Source: Anaerolineae bacterium (GTDB lineage: Bacteria > Chloroflexota > Anaerolineae > B4-G1 > DUEL01). Taken from it: 64,000 nucleotides of DNA. The notes beneath the pieces were generated by a model. That model saw only the letters and a list, made by a program, of their open reading frames with translations, was not told where the DNA came from and did not search any database. The DNA lies in the NCBI GenBank assembly GCA_034434635.1, contig DAOTYX010000079.1:16212-80211 (forward strand), given 5' to 3'. The position numbers and the translations under genes were made by a program. Shown in pieces: positions 8,374 through 17,821 of this stretch. Position 1 is the first letter of the stretch. Every line of letters begins with the position of its first letter.

Positions 8374-10572
8374 CTAGCCGTTGCGCAGCACCAGCGGCAG
8401 GTAGAGATAAGGCAGTTCGTCTGCCCCCACGTCGGGGGCCGCGCCCATCGGGCGCGGGTCTCCATCCATGTCCCACGCCACCCAGACCAGGGGGGTGGCA
8501 TGATTGATAGCGTTGGAGCCAAGGGTCAGGTGGTAATCCGCCGCCAGCCCTGCTGGTCCGGGCACTTCGTTTGTGCTGGTAACCCCCACCCCATAGTTGG
8601 CCCCGTTGCCCTCGAAGAGCGTGTGGTCAGCAGTGACCGTGCTGCCCCCCGGCGAGGCATTGACGATGCCCGTCGTCTGGCTGACGATGATGGTGTTGGT
8701 CAGCCACACCGTGCTCGATGCGCCGACGTAGACCCCCACGCCGTCGCCAAACCGGTTTTCGGCGATAGTGTTGTGCGCCACGCGGCCATTGACACCGCCG
8801 CTGCCAGCGATCGCCACCCCGCTGCCCTGCGCGCTGGTCGCGGCAGTTGTGGTGATCCCATTGCGGGCGACGATGTTGTTGGTCAGGGTGAAGATGTCGC
8901 TTGCCGTCAGATCTACGCCTCCACCCACACCACCGCTCGTGCCGATAGCCCGGTTATCCAGGATGATGTTGCCCTCCAGCCAGGGGTTGCTGCCTCCGAT
9001 TGAGAAACCGCCGCCATATCCCCATTCCGCGCCTCCGTCGCCGGTGGTGTTGCTCAGGACCTGGTTCCCAACGAACCGGGGGGCGCCGGCCCAGACATAA
9101 ACGCCGCCGCCCACTCCGCGCGCGTTGGTCCCGCAGGCGGCTTCATTGCGGGCGATCAGGTTGTCCTGGACAAGGGCGTTGCTGTTGTGGAGCGCCATCC
9201 CGCCGCCGTAAGCCCATTCGCCGGGCGCCCAGACAACCGTATCGTTTTCAGCGATGACATTGTCCCGGAGTACCCCGCTCCCGCCGCTGACGTAGATGCC
9301 GCCACCCTCAGCAGGGGCGCCGGAGGAAGCGGTGTTACGGACTATCTGGTTCTCCACCACCGTAGCGTCGCACTCTTCCAGGTAGAGGCCGCCGCCATAG
9401 CCATTGGCAGCGTAACTGGCGCGGTTGCCGTCGGAAATGACGTTGCCGGCCACCAGCGCGGCAGCGGAGAGATGCGAGAGGTACATCCCCCCGCCCAGAC
9501 CCCGCGGGCCGGTAGTGGCGGTGTTGCCATAGACACGATTGTCGCGGATGAGAGCAAGAGGGCCGCCAAAACAGATGCCCCCGCCCCGGTTGTAGAGGCC
9601 CGCGCTGGCCGTCCCCTGCAGCGCGATGTTCCCGTCGAAGAGGTTGCGCTCGATGGTCACCGGCGAGCCGGAGGAGACATAGATGCCGCCGCCGTTGCCC
9701 ATCACGCCCTGACCGGCGACGTTCTGCAGAAAATCGTTGTCGGCGATGAGCGGGCTGCCGCCGACCACCGCGATCCCTCCGCCGTCACCGGCCGAGTGGC
9801 CGGCGCGGTTGGCGCGGATGGTGTTGGAGAGCACCTGCGGCGAGGCGTTCACCAGATAGATGCCGCCCCCCTGCCCCCAGGTGGCGTCGTCGGCGACATT
9901 GTTGGCGATGAGGTTGTCGCTGATGACGGCAGAGGCAGAGACGGTATCCAGGAAGATGCCGCCGCCGCGCCCATAGCCGGTGCAGGCCATCGTTGTGCAG
10001 CCATAGTTAGCGGTGATGATGTTGCTGAGGATGATGGGGGCCGCGTCCTGCACGGCGATGCCGCCGCCGTGGTTGGGCTGATCGGTGGCCCCTCCGGCGT
10101 TGCCGTTGGTGATGGTAAAGCAAAAGATAGTGGGGCTGGCATGGGTGATGCTGATCACCCGCTGGGTCCCATCCCCGCTCAGGACCACGTTCTCCGGCGC
10201 GCAGGGTACGGAAGTGAAGGTCCACCCTCCCCCAAAGGGGTTCGGGTGAGCCGCCCATGCCCCGTCCAGGGTTACGGACCTGGTGATGATGATCGTGCCG
10301 TAGTAGGTCGAAGCGCCGGCGATGTCATCGCGGTCGGCCACGCAGATCCTCTCGCCAGCCGAGGCCCTGCTCAGGGCATACTGGACACTCTTGCACGGGT
10401 CGTTGGGGTTGTCACAGTGATTGGTCGAACTGTTGTTGCCGCCATTGACCACATAGCGGTCGCAGACGGGCGCGGCCTGGCCGGGCTGGCTGGTCAGCGC
10501 CAGCAGGCTCCAGACGAGGAGAGCCAGCCCCAGGGCCAGGCTCAGGACGATCAGCCAGTGTTTCGCCTGCAT
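8374..10572 (-). CDS. Secreted right-handed parallel beta-helix repeat protein (pectate-lyase/NosD-like fold)
   Basis: An N-terminal signal peptide (MQAKHWLIVLSLALGLALLVWSLLA) and numerous periodic GGGIY/GGGG repeats typical of parallel beta-helix repeats. The 999-aa plus-strand ORF 9187..12186 is antisense to this gene and its neighbour. Confidence 0.6.
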   Translation of the reverse strand: MQAKHWLIVLSLALGLALLVWSLLALTSQPGQAAPVCDRYVVNGGNNSSTNHCDNPNDPCKSVQYALSRASAGERICVADRDDIAGASTYYGTIIITRSVTLDGAWAAHPNPFGGGWTFTSVPCAPENVVLSGDGTQRVISITHASPTIFCFTITNGNAGGATDQPNHGGGIAVQDAAPIILSNIITANYGCTTMACTGYGRGGGIFLDTVSASAVISDNLIANNVADDATWGQGGGIYLVNASPQVLSNTIRANRAGHSAGDGGGIAVVGGSPLIADNDFLQNVAGQGVMGNGGGIYVSSGSPVTIERNLFDGNIALQGTASAGLYNRGGGICFGGPLALIRDNRVYGNTATTGPRGLGGGMYLSHLSAAALVAGNVISDGNRASYAANGYGGGLYLEECDATVVENQIVRNTASSGAPAEGGGIYVSGGSGVLRDNVIAENDTVVWAPGEWAYGGGMALHNSNALVQDNLIARNEAACGTNARGVGGGVYVWAGAPRFVGNQVLSNTTGDGGAEWGYGGGFSIGGSNPWLEGNIILDNRAIGTSGGVGGGVDLTASDIFTLTNNIVARNGITTTAATSAQGSGVAIAGSGGVNGRVAHNTIAENRFGDGVGVYVGASSTVWLTNTIIVSQTTGIVNASPGGSTVTADHTLFEGNGANYGVGVTSTNEVPGPAGLAADYHLTLGSNAINHATPLVWVAWDMDGDPRPMGAAPDVGADELPYLYLPLVLRNG

Positions 10573-10635
10573 CTTGCACCTTCTCTCGTGTCTGTCACCT
10601 CTGAGGTGACCGTCACCTGCCCCTCGCGTGCCCGT

Positions 10636-12117
10636 TCAGGGCGCAACCGCGATGGAAGCCCACCTCTGGGCCATCAGATCCAGGGCGAAGACATAGTCAT
10701 AGCCGTCCGGGTAATCAATGACCCGGATCAGCCAGCCGTTCTGGGTGGGCTGCAGCAACAGGCTCACCGCCCACTCCCGGTCGCGCGGCCAGCCCAACCG
10801 GTCGGAGGCCCACAGACCATTCTCACACCAGACCTTGCCGAAGCCACGCACGGGCAACTGGTAGCCGGTCGGCGCGGTCATCGAGGCGCAGTCGGGGTGC
10901 ACCGACGGCTGGCTCTCGTCCCACAGGTCGTTGTAGGAACTGAGCCATCTCCCGTTCTGCGTCGGGTAACCGGACTCGCTCCCGAATCCCAGGGCGTAGA
11001 TTCTCCGGGTGTCCGACCGCCAGATCATGAAGGCTCCCATCCGGGCGTGCGGGTTGGGATTCTCAGGGTTGGTCTCGAATTTCTGGAAGGCCCCGTAGAC
11101 GGAGATGGAGGAAGCGGTGGGACAGCCCGGGTTGACGCCGAAGCCGCTGGCCACGCTCACGACTGGCTCCAGGAAGGGGTCCATGGTGGTACATTCTCCC
11201 GACTCCACCGAGACTTCCTGTCCTTGCGCGTTGTTGTCCTCGTTCGTCTCGGCGATCACGTCATCGGGGTCTATCTTGATGCAGACGAAGTGATGCCAGA
11301 CTTCGTTGATGGTGACCAGGTAGTCCACCGGCAGGGATTGTCCGGGGTTCAGGCTCACCGTGGTTTGATAGAGGGTGTTGAACGTCGAGGGGTAGTAGCA
11401 GGTGGTGTGAGGGGTGGGCAGGCGGTTCTCGATCCGCACGGTTACGTTGGACAGGGCGGTAGAGCCGCTGTTGTGCAGCACGGCACGGACGTGGAACGGC
11501 GTACCTGCGGTGGGGGTGGTCGGGTCGAAGGTGAGGTCGGTGACCCGCAGATCGGGCAAGCCAGCGGGCGGGACGGTCGGCGTGACGGCGACGACGATCT
11601 GGACGTAGACGACCGCGCCGAAGCGGGTGCCATCAGGCCGCTGCAGTTGCCAGTTGCCCTTGTAGGTGCCGGGGGAAGAAGGGGCCGTCAGGTTGACGCT
11701 GACGTCGGTCGTCGCGCCAGGGGCGACGGCTCCCACAGCCACGCCGGTCGGCCCGCCCAATGCGTCGCCGGAAATGAAGACCAGCATCGTCCCCGCCTCC
11801 CAGGCGCAGGTGCCGCTGTTGCGCAACCGCCAGGTCTTGACGAAAGGGGTTCCCGGCGCGAAGGGGGTGTTATCGGGCACGGTCATATCGGCAACAAAGG
11901 CGGCGTTGAAGGCACAGCCGCCAGGACCGTATACATCGGGAGGGGTGGTGCTGGTCGGTTCGGGGGGGGACACCGTTGGCGTGATCCCTCCCACCTCGGG
12001 CGGCATGGTGATGGTGGGCGCAATGGGCGGCGTTTCCGTGGCTGCCGGGCCGCAGGCCAGCGCGGCGGTAACCATCAGGGCCAATCCCACCAAGACGACC
12101 AGACGGGATTTACGCAT
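10636..12117 (-). CDS. Secreted lipoprotein with CARDB-like domain(s)
   Basis: Signal peptide with a lipobox (LAAALAC). A PT-rich linker. PDLRVTDLTFDPTTPTAGTPFHVRAVLHNSGS resembles a CARDB domain. Confidence 0.45.
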   Translation of the reverse strand: MRKSRLVVLVGLALMVTAALACGPAATETPPIAPTITMPPEVGGITPTVSPPEPTSTTPPDVYGPGGCAFNAAFVADMTVPDNTPFAPGTPFVKTWRLRNSGTCAWEAGTMLVFISGDALGGPTGVAVGAVAPGATTDVSVNLTAPSSPGTYKGNWQLQRPDGTRFGAVVYVQIVVAVTPTVPPAGLPDLRVTDLTFDPTTPTAGTPFHVRAVLHNSGSTALSNVTVRIENRLPTPHTTCYYPSTFNTLYQTTVSLNPGQSLPVDYLVTINEVWHHFVCIKIDPDDVIAETNEDNNAQGQEVSVESGECTTMDPFLEPVVSVASGFGVNPGCPTASSISVYGAFQKFETNPENPNPHARMGAFMIWRSDTRRIYALGFGSESGYPTQNGRWLSSYNDLWDESQPSVHPDCASMTAPTGYQLPVRGFGKVWCENGLWASDRLGWPRDREWAVSLLLQPTQNGWLIRVIDYPDGYDYVFALDLMAQRWASIAVAP

Positions 12118-12216
12118 CTCTCACCTCCTGACATCCAGTCAAGAGGACACGGCAGCGGCCTGTGTTACCGATTCAGGTGCGAGTGATGTCGGAAGCGGAA
12201 GAGAACGAAGTGAGGG

Positions 12217-12996
12217 TCAGCGTCCCAGGTAGCGCAGGCTGCGCTCCAGGTCCTCGGTGTGCTCCATCTCCAGGCTGACCAGAGGGGGAGAAGGCAGTTC
12301 GCTCAACAACGGCAGGACAGCGCTGTAGTCAACAGCGCCGCCCTCCACGTCCAACGGCAGATGCTCGTCGTAATGCCCGCGATGGTTGTTGGCGTGAACA
12401 TGGACGACCCAGTTCCCCAGGCGCTTCAGCCAGTCTGGAAACGGCAGCGAGTTCGAATAGAGGTAAACGTGGCCGATATCCAGACAGGCGCGGAGGTGGG
12501 GGGAGTTGACTTCTTCGAGCACGGCGGCGATGATGTCCGGCTCCGGCTCCCACATGTTCTCCAGGGCGATGATCAACCCCAGGCGGCGGGCCTCCTCGGT
12601 CAGTGCGTCCCAGAAAGCCACCTGTTTGCGCGTCCATTCCGGCAGGTAGGAGGGATGTTGGATGAAGGGGAGATAGTTGGCGTGGAAAACGGTGTGGCGA
12701 GCGCCCAACTCCGCAGCGACTCGCAGGCTTGCCCGATAGCGCTCCACCGTCAGGGCCGTGATCCGCGAGTCCGCGCTGGCGCTGTTCATATCGTAGAAAG
12801 CGCCATGCAGGGCGATCTCTCCGGTAAAGCCGCGCAACGCTTCCCGATGGCTTGCCACAAGGGAGCGCCAGTCGCCATCCAGCAGATCGGGGTTGTAGCC
12901 GTAAACCTGGAGCTCGATGCCCGTCTGATATTGAGAAGCGAGAGCGACATGTCGGGAAATGTCTAACTCTCGCGTGGTGATTGCCAGTCGGTTCAT
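12217..12996 (-). CDS. Sugar phosphate isomerase/epimerase (xylose-isomerase-like TIM barrel)
   Basis: 259 aa. The conserved E/H/D metal-ligand pattern (ALENMWEP, DIGHVYL, HVHANN) matches the AP endonuclease 2 / xylose-isomerase-like family. Confidence 0.65.
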   Translation of the reverse strand: MNRLAITTRELDISRHVALASQYQTGIELQVYGYNPDLLDGDWRSLVASHREALRGFTGEIALHGAFYDMNSASADSRITALTVERYRASLRVAAELGARHTVFHANYLPFIQHPSYLPEWTRKQVAFWDALTEEARRLGLIIALENMWEPEPDIIAAVLEEVNSPHLRACLDIGHVYLYSNSLPFPDWLKRLGNWVVHVHANNHRGHYDEHLPLDVEGGAVDYSAVLPLLSELPSPPLVSLEMEHTEDLERSLRYLGR

Positions 12997-13049
12997 GTTG
13001 GTCTCTGGGAGTCATTGTACACCAACTCTGGTCAATGTGCAACTTTCGG

Positions 13050-13078
13050 TTGACAGGGGCGCTCTCCCGGTGTAGAAT
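13050..13078 (+). promoter_or_regulatory. Sigma70-like promoter TTGACA–17 nt–TAGAAT driving a leaderless sortase mRNA
   Basis: TTGACA at 13050..13055 and TAGAAT at 13073..13078. The ATG at 13077 sits inside the -10. The next in-frame ATG at 13089 is 3–4 nt from the predicted TSS. Confidence 0.45.
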
Positions 13079-13088
13079 GGCCCCCGCG

Positions 13089-14063
13089 ATGAAGGACCGT
13101 CGCACGGTTGATGAACTTTCGATAGAGGAACTGGAGGAGATCCTCCGTATCCGCCGGGCGCAGGCGCGGCTGGAACGGCTGCGCCGCCTGAAGGGGTCAA
13201 TGCCGGCGACGGACCCGCTGGCCCCGGAGCCGACAGAACCGTCGCCGCCGCCGTTGCCCGACGAGCACCTGCGCTTCCAGGAAGAGGGAGCGACAGCGGG
13301 CTTTCGCGCCCGGGCGGTGGACGAGGAGCCCGAGCCTCGGCCGGCCCGTCCGCGGCGGCCGATCCGCTGGGACTGGCTGCGGGACAAGAGCCTGCTGATC
13401 CTGGAGATCGCGGCGACGGTCGGGTTGCTGATCGCCCTGCTGGCCACGCTGAGCACGTTGAACGAACTGAACCGGCAGGCCCGGCTGGGACAACAGGGAC
13501 AGTTACCTCAGCCCATCGCCAGCCCGACGGCCACCCCGCTCATCCAGGTGGCCATCCTGCCTGGCGGTCACGTCCCGCCGCAGCCGAACAGCACCCCCGC
13601 GCCGGCGGAGGTCCCGGCTCACCTGCGCGACCTGGTGGCGGCGATCACGCCGTTGCCGGTGCCCACTCCCGGCCCGCAGCAGGCCGTGCGCATCCGCATC
13701 CCGTCCATCGGAGTGGACGCGCCGGTTGTGGAGGGGGATGACTGGGAGAGCCTGCAGCGGGGGGCAGGCCACCACATTGGCTCGGCCAACCCGGGCGAGC
13801 GCGGCAACTGTGTCATCTCGGCGCATAACGACATCTACGGGGAGATCTTCCGTGACCTGCCGGACGTACAGTTGGGGGACGTGATCGAAGTCTACACCGC
13901 CAGCCAGATGTTCCGTTACATCGTCACTCAGCAGCGGATCATCGTGCCTACTGAGGTGAGCGTGATGTATCCGACCAGCACGCCAGTGCTGACACTGATC
14001 TCCTGCTATCCTTACGGGATTGACTCCCATCGCATCGTCGTTATCGCCGAACTGCAACCTTGA
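13089..14063 (+). CDS. Sortase-family transpeptidase (class E-like), membrane-anchored
   Basis: A C-terminal catalytic domain with the TLxTC motif (VLTLISCYP) and a conserved His region. There is an N-terminal cytoplasmic region, one TM helix (LLILEIAATVGLLIALLATL) and a Pro-rich linker. Confidence 0.7.
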   Translation: MKDRRTVDELSIEELEEILRIRRAQARLERLRRLKGSMPATDPLAPEPTEPSPPPLPDEHLRFQEEGATAGFRARAVDEEPEPRPARPRRPIRWDWLRDKSLLILEIAATVGLLIALLATLSTLNELNRQARLGQQGQLPQPIASPTATPLIQVAILPGGHVPPQPNSTPAPAEVPAHLRDLVAAITPLPVPTPGPQQAVRIRIPSIGVDAPVVEGDDWESLQRGAGHHIGSANPGERGNCVISAHNDIYGEIFRDLPDVQLGDVIEVYTASQMFRYIVTQQRIIVPTEVSVMYPTSTPVLTLISCYPYGIDSHRIVVIAELQP

Positions 14064-14086
14064 TTCCTTGAACGGAGTAAGAGAGA

Positions 14087-14362
14087 ATGAGCAAGAAATC
14101 ACGCCGGAGCCAGCGTCGTTCGCAGGGGCCGCGCCTGACGGCTGCGCAGATGGTGCAGCCGGGCAGCGCCGAGGAGAAAATCAAAAAGGCCGAACCCGCT
14201 CCCGTACGCGCTGCCGCGAGCAGGCCCGACCCGCGAAAGGCTGCCAGTCTACCAGACCTGAGCCAGGAGTACCGCTACGTCGCTGCCGATCTGAAGCGCA
14301 TCGGCATCATCGCCGCCGCTATACTCGTCATCATGATCGTGCTGGCGATTTTCCTGGTCTGA
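14087..14362 (+). CDS. Small membrane protein (hypothetical)
   Basis: 91 aa with a basic N-terminus and a C-terminal TM helix (IGIIAAAILVIMIVLAIFLV). GGAG lies upstream of the ATG. Confidence 0.35.
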   Translation: MSKKSRRSQRRSQGPRLTAAQMVQPGSAEEKIKKAEPAPVRAAASRPDPRKAASLPDLSQEYRYVAADLKRIGIIAAAILVIMIVLAIFLV

Positions 14363-14377
14363 CCGAGAGGAGGACCT

Positions 14378-14611
14378 TCACCATTCGTCTTCGTCGAGGT
14401 CCTCCTCGAACTCCTCCTCCTCAAACTCTTCGTCTTCCCAATCCAGGTCTTCTTCGTCCAGCTCGTCAAAATCCTCTACGTATTCCAGCTCAAGAGGAGT
14501 GAGGCTGACGACCTCCAGAAGCGCACCGCATTCCTCACAATAGATGCGGTCGTAGAGGCCCAGTTCGGGCGGGAGTGAGAGCAACGCATTGCATTCCGGG
14601 CAACGTGACAT
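14378..14611 (-). CDS. LysW-like zinc-ribbon protein with extended acidic C-terminal tail
   Basis: The 77-aa MSRCPECNALLSLPPELGLYDRIYCEECGALLEVVSLTPLELE closely follows the LysW/ArgW zinc ribbon (CPECxAxLxL…CExCGAxLEVVxLxPLxLE). It continues into a ~35-aa Asp/Glu-rich tail ending DEDEW. A GGAGGAG RBS is present. The 449-aa ORF 14378..15727 is an over-extension of this small gene. Confidence 0.6.
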   Translation of the reverse strand: MSRCPECNALLSLPPELGLYDRIYCEECGALLEVVSLTPLELEYVEDFDELDEEDLDWEDEEFEEEEFEEDLDEDEW

Positions 14612-14719
14612 CTCGCTCCTCCATAGGGAGTAGTTTTGGTAAGCCGCTTTGCGCCCTCTAATATAACGCGGTTTTGGCCTGTTGTCAATGGGGAATCCCG
14701 TTCGGGTGTGTCCCAGGCA

Positions 14720-14741
14720 GGACAACAACTCGCAGTTGTCC
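14720..14741. repeat. Palindromic element GGACAAC-aactcgca-GTTGTCC (repeat family B)
   Basis: It shares CAGGACAAC…GCAGTTGTCCT with a second copy at 55829..55850. Confidence 0.4.
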
Positions 14742-14782
14742 TCCTGGAGCCCGCAGGGGAGTGACATGCTCGCAGGGAGCCG

Positions 14783-15553
14783 ATGTTTCTGACCACCCCC
14801 ACCATCCAATTGCCTGCCTTTGAAGGTCCGCTTGACCTGCTGCTGCTGCTCATCGAGCGCGAGGAACTGGACATCACGGCCATCTCGCTGGCTCAAGTGG
14901 CAGACCAGTACCTGGCGGTCATCGAGCAACTGGGGCGCTGGTGCATCGCCGACCTGAGCGGGTTCCTGGTCATCGGGGCCAAACTGGTATGGGTCAAGAG
15001 CCAGGTGCTGTTGCCCCGCCCCCCCTCCGACGGAACAACGCCGGAGGAGGACGTGGCCGCCGATCTGATCCACCAGTTGGAGGAGTATCGCCGTTTCAAG
15101 CGCGTGGCGCAGATGCTGGCCCAACGGGACGAGGAGGGCCAGCGGGCTTACCTGCGGCTGAGCCTGGCCCCGCTCCCCCCGCCGCCGTTCGACCTGAGCG
15201 GGGTGACCCTGGCCGATCTGCTGACCGCAGCGCAGGAGGCGCTCAACGCGAAGCCCCCCGCCCCTGCTGCAGTCCTTCCACCGACCCTCACCGTGGCCAA
15301 ACAGATAGAGTACATCAGGCAGCGCCTGAAACAACAGAGACGCGTCCAATTCCTCGAACTGCTGTCCAACGCTGCCAGCCGGGTGGAGGTCATCGTCACC
15401 CTGCTGGCCGTGCTGGAGTTGCTCAAGCGGGACCGGGTGCGGGTGTGGCAGGAGAAGCTCTTTGGCCCCATCGTCATCGAGGAGCGGGAGGACGCGCCGG
15501 AGGCCAGTAACGCCCCAACAGCAGCACCGACACCGCTCCCAGCGTGTCAATGA
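14783..15553 (+). CDS. scpA: Segregation and condensation protein A
   Basis: The N-terminal signature FEGPLDLLLLLIEREELDITAISLAQVADQYL is diagnostic of ScpA. It has a low-complexity Pro/Ala tail. Confidence 0.8.
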   Translation: MFLTTPTIQLPAFEGPLDLLLLLIEREELDITAISLAQVADQYLAVIEQLGRWCIADLSGFLVIGAKLVWVKSQVLLPRPPSDGTTPEEDVAADLIHQLEEYRRFKRVAQMLAQRDEEGQRAYLRLSLAPLPPPPFDLSGVTLADLLTAAQEALNAKPPAPAAVLPPTLTVAKQIEYIRQRLKQQRRVQFLELLSNAASRVEVIVTLLAVLELLKRDRVRVWQEKLFGPIVIEEREDAPEASNAPTAAPTPLPACQ

Positions 15554-15857
15554 GGACATCCGCCGCGCGCGGCGTGCGCCCCGGCACGAAGGACTGATGG
15601 GCCTCGTCGCTGATGGCGTAGACCACTGCCAGCGCCAGACTGAGCAGCCGCAACCGGTCGGATGGAGCCGCAGGGCCGCGCAGCGCCCGCAGGTAGAGCC
15701 AGGCCAGCACCCCGAAGGCCAACGCATGCGCGCCCTTCTTGAGCAGCAGGTCCAGCCAGGCTTCGGGGGCGCTGGGCAGGTCGGGCTGAGAGGACAGGAA
15801 GAAGATCAGCCCCATCCAGGCCAGCGGCGGACCCCAGCGATTGAGCAGTGACCTCAT
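15474..15857 (-). CDS. VanZ-family membrane protein
   Basis: 127 aa with 3–4 TM segments and the conserved DExxQ-like motif (SDEAHQSFVPGR) of VanZ-like proteins. Its 3' end overlaps the scpA tail convergently. Confidence 0.55.
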   Translation of the reverse strand: MRSLLNRWGPPLAWMGLIFFLSSQPDLPSAPEAWLDLLLKKGAHALAFGVLAWLYLRALRGPAAPSDRLRLLSLALAVVYAISDEAHQSFVPGRTPRAADVLIDTLGAVSVLLLGRYWPPARPPAPR

Positions 15858-17056
15858 ACCCCTTGCCGCATGAAATGGCCTGCCGCCTGATAGGCCTGCT
15901 CGACCGTCTCCACCAGATGGCTCCAGGAACGGCGCAGCCGGATGTCCTGAGCCGCGGCCTGCCCCAGCCTGTCACGCAGTGCGGGGTCTTCGAGCAAGCG
16001 CACCACCGCCGCAGCGAACCCCGCCTCGTCCCCCGGCTCCACCAGCCAGCCGGTCTCGCCGTGGCGGATGGCCTGGCGGATCTCCCCCACCCCCTCGGCG
16101 ACCACCGGCACCCCCGCCGCCAGCAGGTCCAGCAGTTTGACCGGACACTTGGCGCGATTGAGGAGCGTGTCATCGAAGGGATAGAGCGCCACCGCCGCCC
16201 GCGCGAAGGTCTCCGGTAGCCGCTGCGGCTCCACCCACCCCACCAGGTCTATCGCCGCCTCCAGTCCGGCACGACGGGCCTCTTCCAGCAGCACGGCTTC
16301 CTCTCCGAACAGCCCCTGTCCCACCACCCGCAGCCTCACCTGCGGCAGGCGCTCCCGAACCCGGCGCAGGATCTCCACCACACGGCGGGCGGGGAACTCG
16401 AAGAAGCGGGTGTAGAGGAGCAGGTCTTTGGCCTCCCGGTACGGGGTCGGGCCTGTGGCCTTGACCTCTGCGACGCCGTTCGGGACATAGAAGAGGTGAC
16501 TTTCGGGGACACCCAACCCAAGGGTCAGGCCGTAGAGGGTCCGGCTGGCGACGGTGATGGCGTCGGCATGGGTCAGCCCCCACCGCTCCTGCCAGACGAA
16601 GAAGCGACGCTGAGGGGCGGAGTAGAGGCGACGGCCGGTCACAGGATGGACGACGTCGTTCCACCCGCCGGCCCCCTCCCAGTCGTCGCTGTCCACCACC
16701 ACCGGCGGGCGCCGACCACGCGGGAGGCAGGTCAACAACCAGTGCGCCAGCCCGCTGTAGGCCTTAGGTTTGAAGGCATGCACAACGTCCGGCTCCAACG
16801 CCAGGGCGCGTCGGGCCAGCCGCAGGGCAGTCGCCAGGTGGAAGAAGAGCGGCAGAGGCGGAGGAAGAGGAATGTTCTCGACCGTCACGCCTTCCTCGTC
16901 CCAATGCTGTCCGGCGTCTTCGGGGTTCTGCCAGGGGGGGAGCAGCACGGTGACGGTGTACCCCCGTGCCGACAGCGCACGCGCCATCGGCAGCGCACGC
17001 ACGGCCATCGTGCCGCGCGGGCGCAGGCCGAAGGGGCCGATCATCACCACTCGCAT
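15854..17056 (-). CDS. Glycosyltransferase family 4 (GT-B, GT1/RfaG-like)
   Basis: An MRVVMIGPFGLRPRGT N-terminal Rossmann motif and the C-terminal EX7E region (GETGWLVEPGDEAGFAAAV). A GGAGGAG RBS precedes the ATG at 17056. The ORF track's N-extension to 17269 covers non-coding repeat hairpins. Confidence 0.7.
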   Translation of the reverse strand: MRVVMIGPFGLRPRGTMAVRALPMARALSARGYTVTVLLPPWQNPEDAGQHWDEEGVTVENIPLPPPLPLFFHLATALRLARRALALEPDVVHAFKPKAYSGLAHWLLTCLPRGRRPPVVVDSDDWEGAGGWNDVVHPVTGRRLYSAPQRRFFVWQERWGLTHADAITVASRTLYGLTLGLGVPESHLFYVPNGVAEVKATGPTPYREAKDLLLYTRFFEFPARRVVEILRRVRERLPQVRLRVVGQGLFGEEAVLLEEARRAGLEAAIDLVGWVEPQRLPETFARAAVALYPFDDTLLNRAKCPVKLLDLLAAGVPVVAEGVGEIRQAIRHGETGWLVEPGDEAGFAAAVVRLLEDPALRDRLGQAAAQDIRLRRSWSHLVETVEQAYQAAGHFMRQGV

Positions 17057-17120
17057 GCCGCTCCTCCCCAGCCGCACCACCGGGCAACCTCCCTCCTGGA
17101 GCCTGCTCGAACAGCCCCGT

Positions 17121-17264
17121 AGCCAGCGCACCCCCGTGCGCTGGCGCATCTCTGTGCCTCGGCAGGCGGCTTTGGGGTGCCGCCCCACGGCAATCCGGGC
17201 AGGCACATGGGTAAGGGAGACCGTCAAACAACACGATGCTGGGCACGGTCTCTTGACCGCGCCC
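17121..17264. repeat. Intergenic cluster of three hairpins: GCCAGCGCAC-cccc-GTGCGCTGGC, a family A element (17164..17183) and a family C terminator (17241..17264)
   Basis: Three perfect or near-perfect inverted repeats between the rplS stop (17343) and the GT4 start (17056). Confidence 0.5.
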
Positions 17265-17342
17265 AGCACTGGAAGGCAGTGGGCTGCCGGGATTGGGAGG
17301 CAACCGCACAGGGAACCGTGTAGGGACGCAGTAAACCGCCCC

Positions 17343-17693
17343 CTATGGGCGCTGTTCCTTCATGCGGGCGGCCTTGCCGCGTCGCTCGCGCAGGAAATAC
17401 AGCCGGGAACGACGGGCCTTGGCCTGCCGGGTCACTTCCACCTTCTCCAGGCGCGGAGAGTACAGAGGGAACGTCCGCTCGACCCCGATGCCGTGGGAGG
17501 CGACACGCCGAACGGTGAAGTTGGCCGCCGCGCCGCCTTTGCGCACGCGGATGACCGTGCCCTGAAAAACCTGCACCCGCTCCCGATCCCCTTCGACAAT
17601 ACGGGCATGCACACGAACGGTATCCCCCGGCCGTATGTGGGGGATGTTGGGATTGGCTTCCAGTTGTCGCTCCAGAGACTCAACCAGGTTCAT
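17343..17693 (-). CDS. rplS: 50S ribosomal protein L19
   Basis: MNLVESLE…[32 protein letters not shown] is the canonical L19 N-terminus. Confidence 0.9.
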   Translation of the reverse strand: MNLVESLERQLEANPNIPHIRPGDTVRVHARIVEGDRERVQVFQGTVIRVRKGGAAANFTVRRVASHGIGVERTFPLYSPRLEKVEVTRQAKARRSRLYFLRERRGKAARMKEQRP

Positions 17694-17782
17694 CGCACTG
17701 TTACCTCGCAGACGGTTGCCCCATGGGGCGAAGGCGGATTATACCACAAACTGGCGAACGGGCAACCCGTCTTACGAAGGTA

Positions 17783-17821
17783 ACAGGCACCTCGCAGGTG
17801 CCCGTCATCTGAGGTCACCTG
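17783..17821. repeat. Family D element ACAGGCACCT-cgc-AGGTGCC…TGAGGTCACCTG overlapping the stop codon of the M23 gene
   Basis: ~39 nt closely similar to 27143..27181. It supplies the in-frame TGA (AGG TGA) of the minus-strand gene ending at 17815 and a downstream hairpin. Confidence 0.5.

Noticed and set aside
9187-12186. 999-aa plus-strand ORF
   Set aside because: It lies entirely antisense to the beta-helix and CARDB-lipoprotein genes. Its composition is Gly/Arg/Ala/Asp-rich with no motifs. This is the typical long shadow ORF of a high-GC genome.
14612-15727. Upper part of the 449-aa minus-strand ORF 14378..15727
   Set aside because: It is antisense to scpA and Arg/Gly-rich. Only the last 234 nt (the LysW-like gene with its own RBS and ATG at 14611) is credible.
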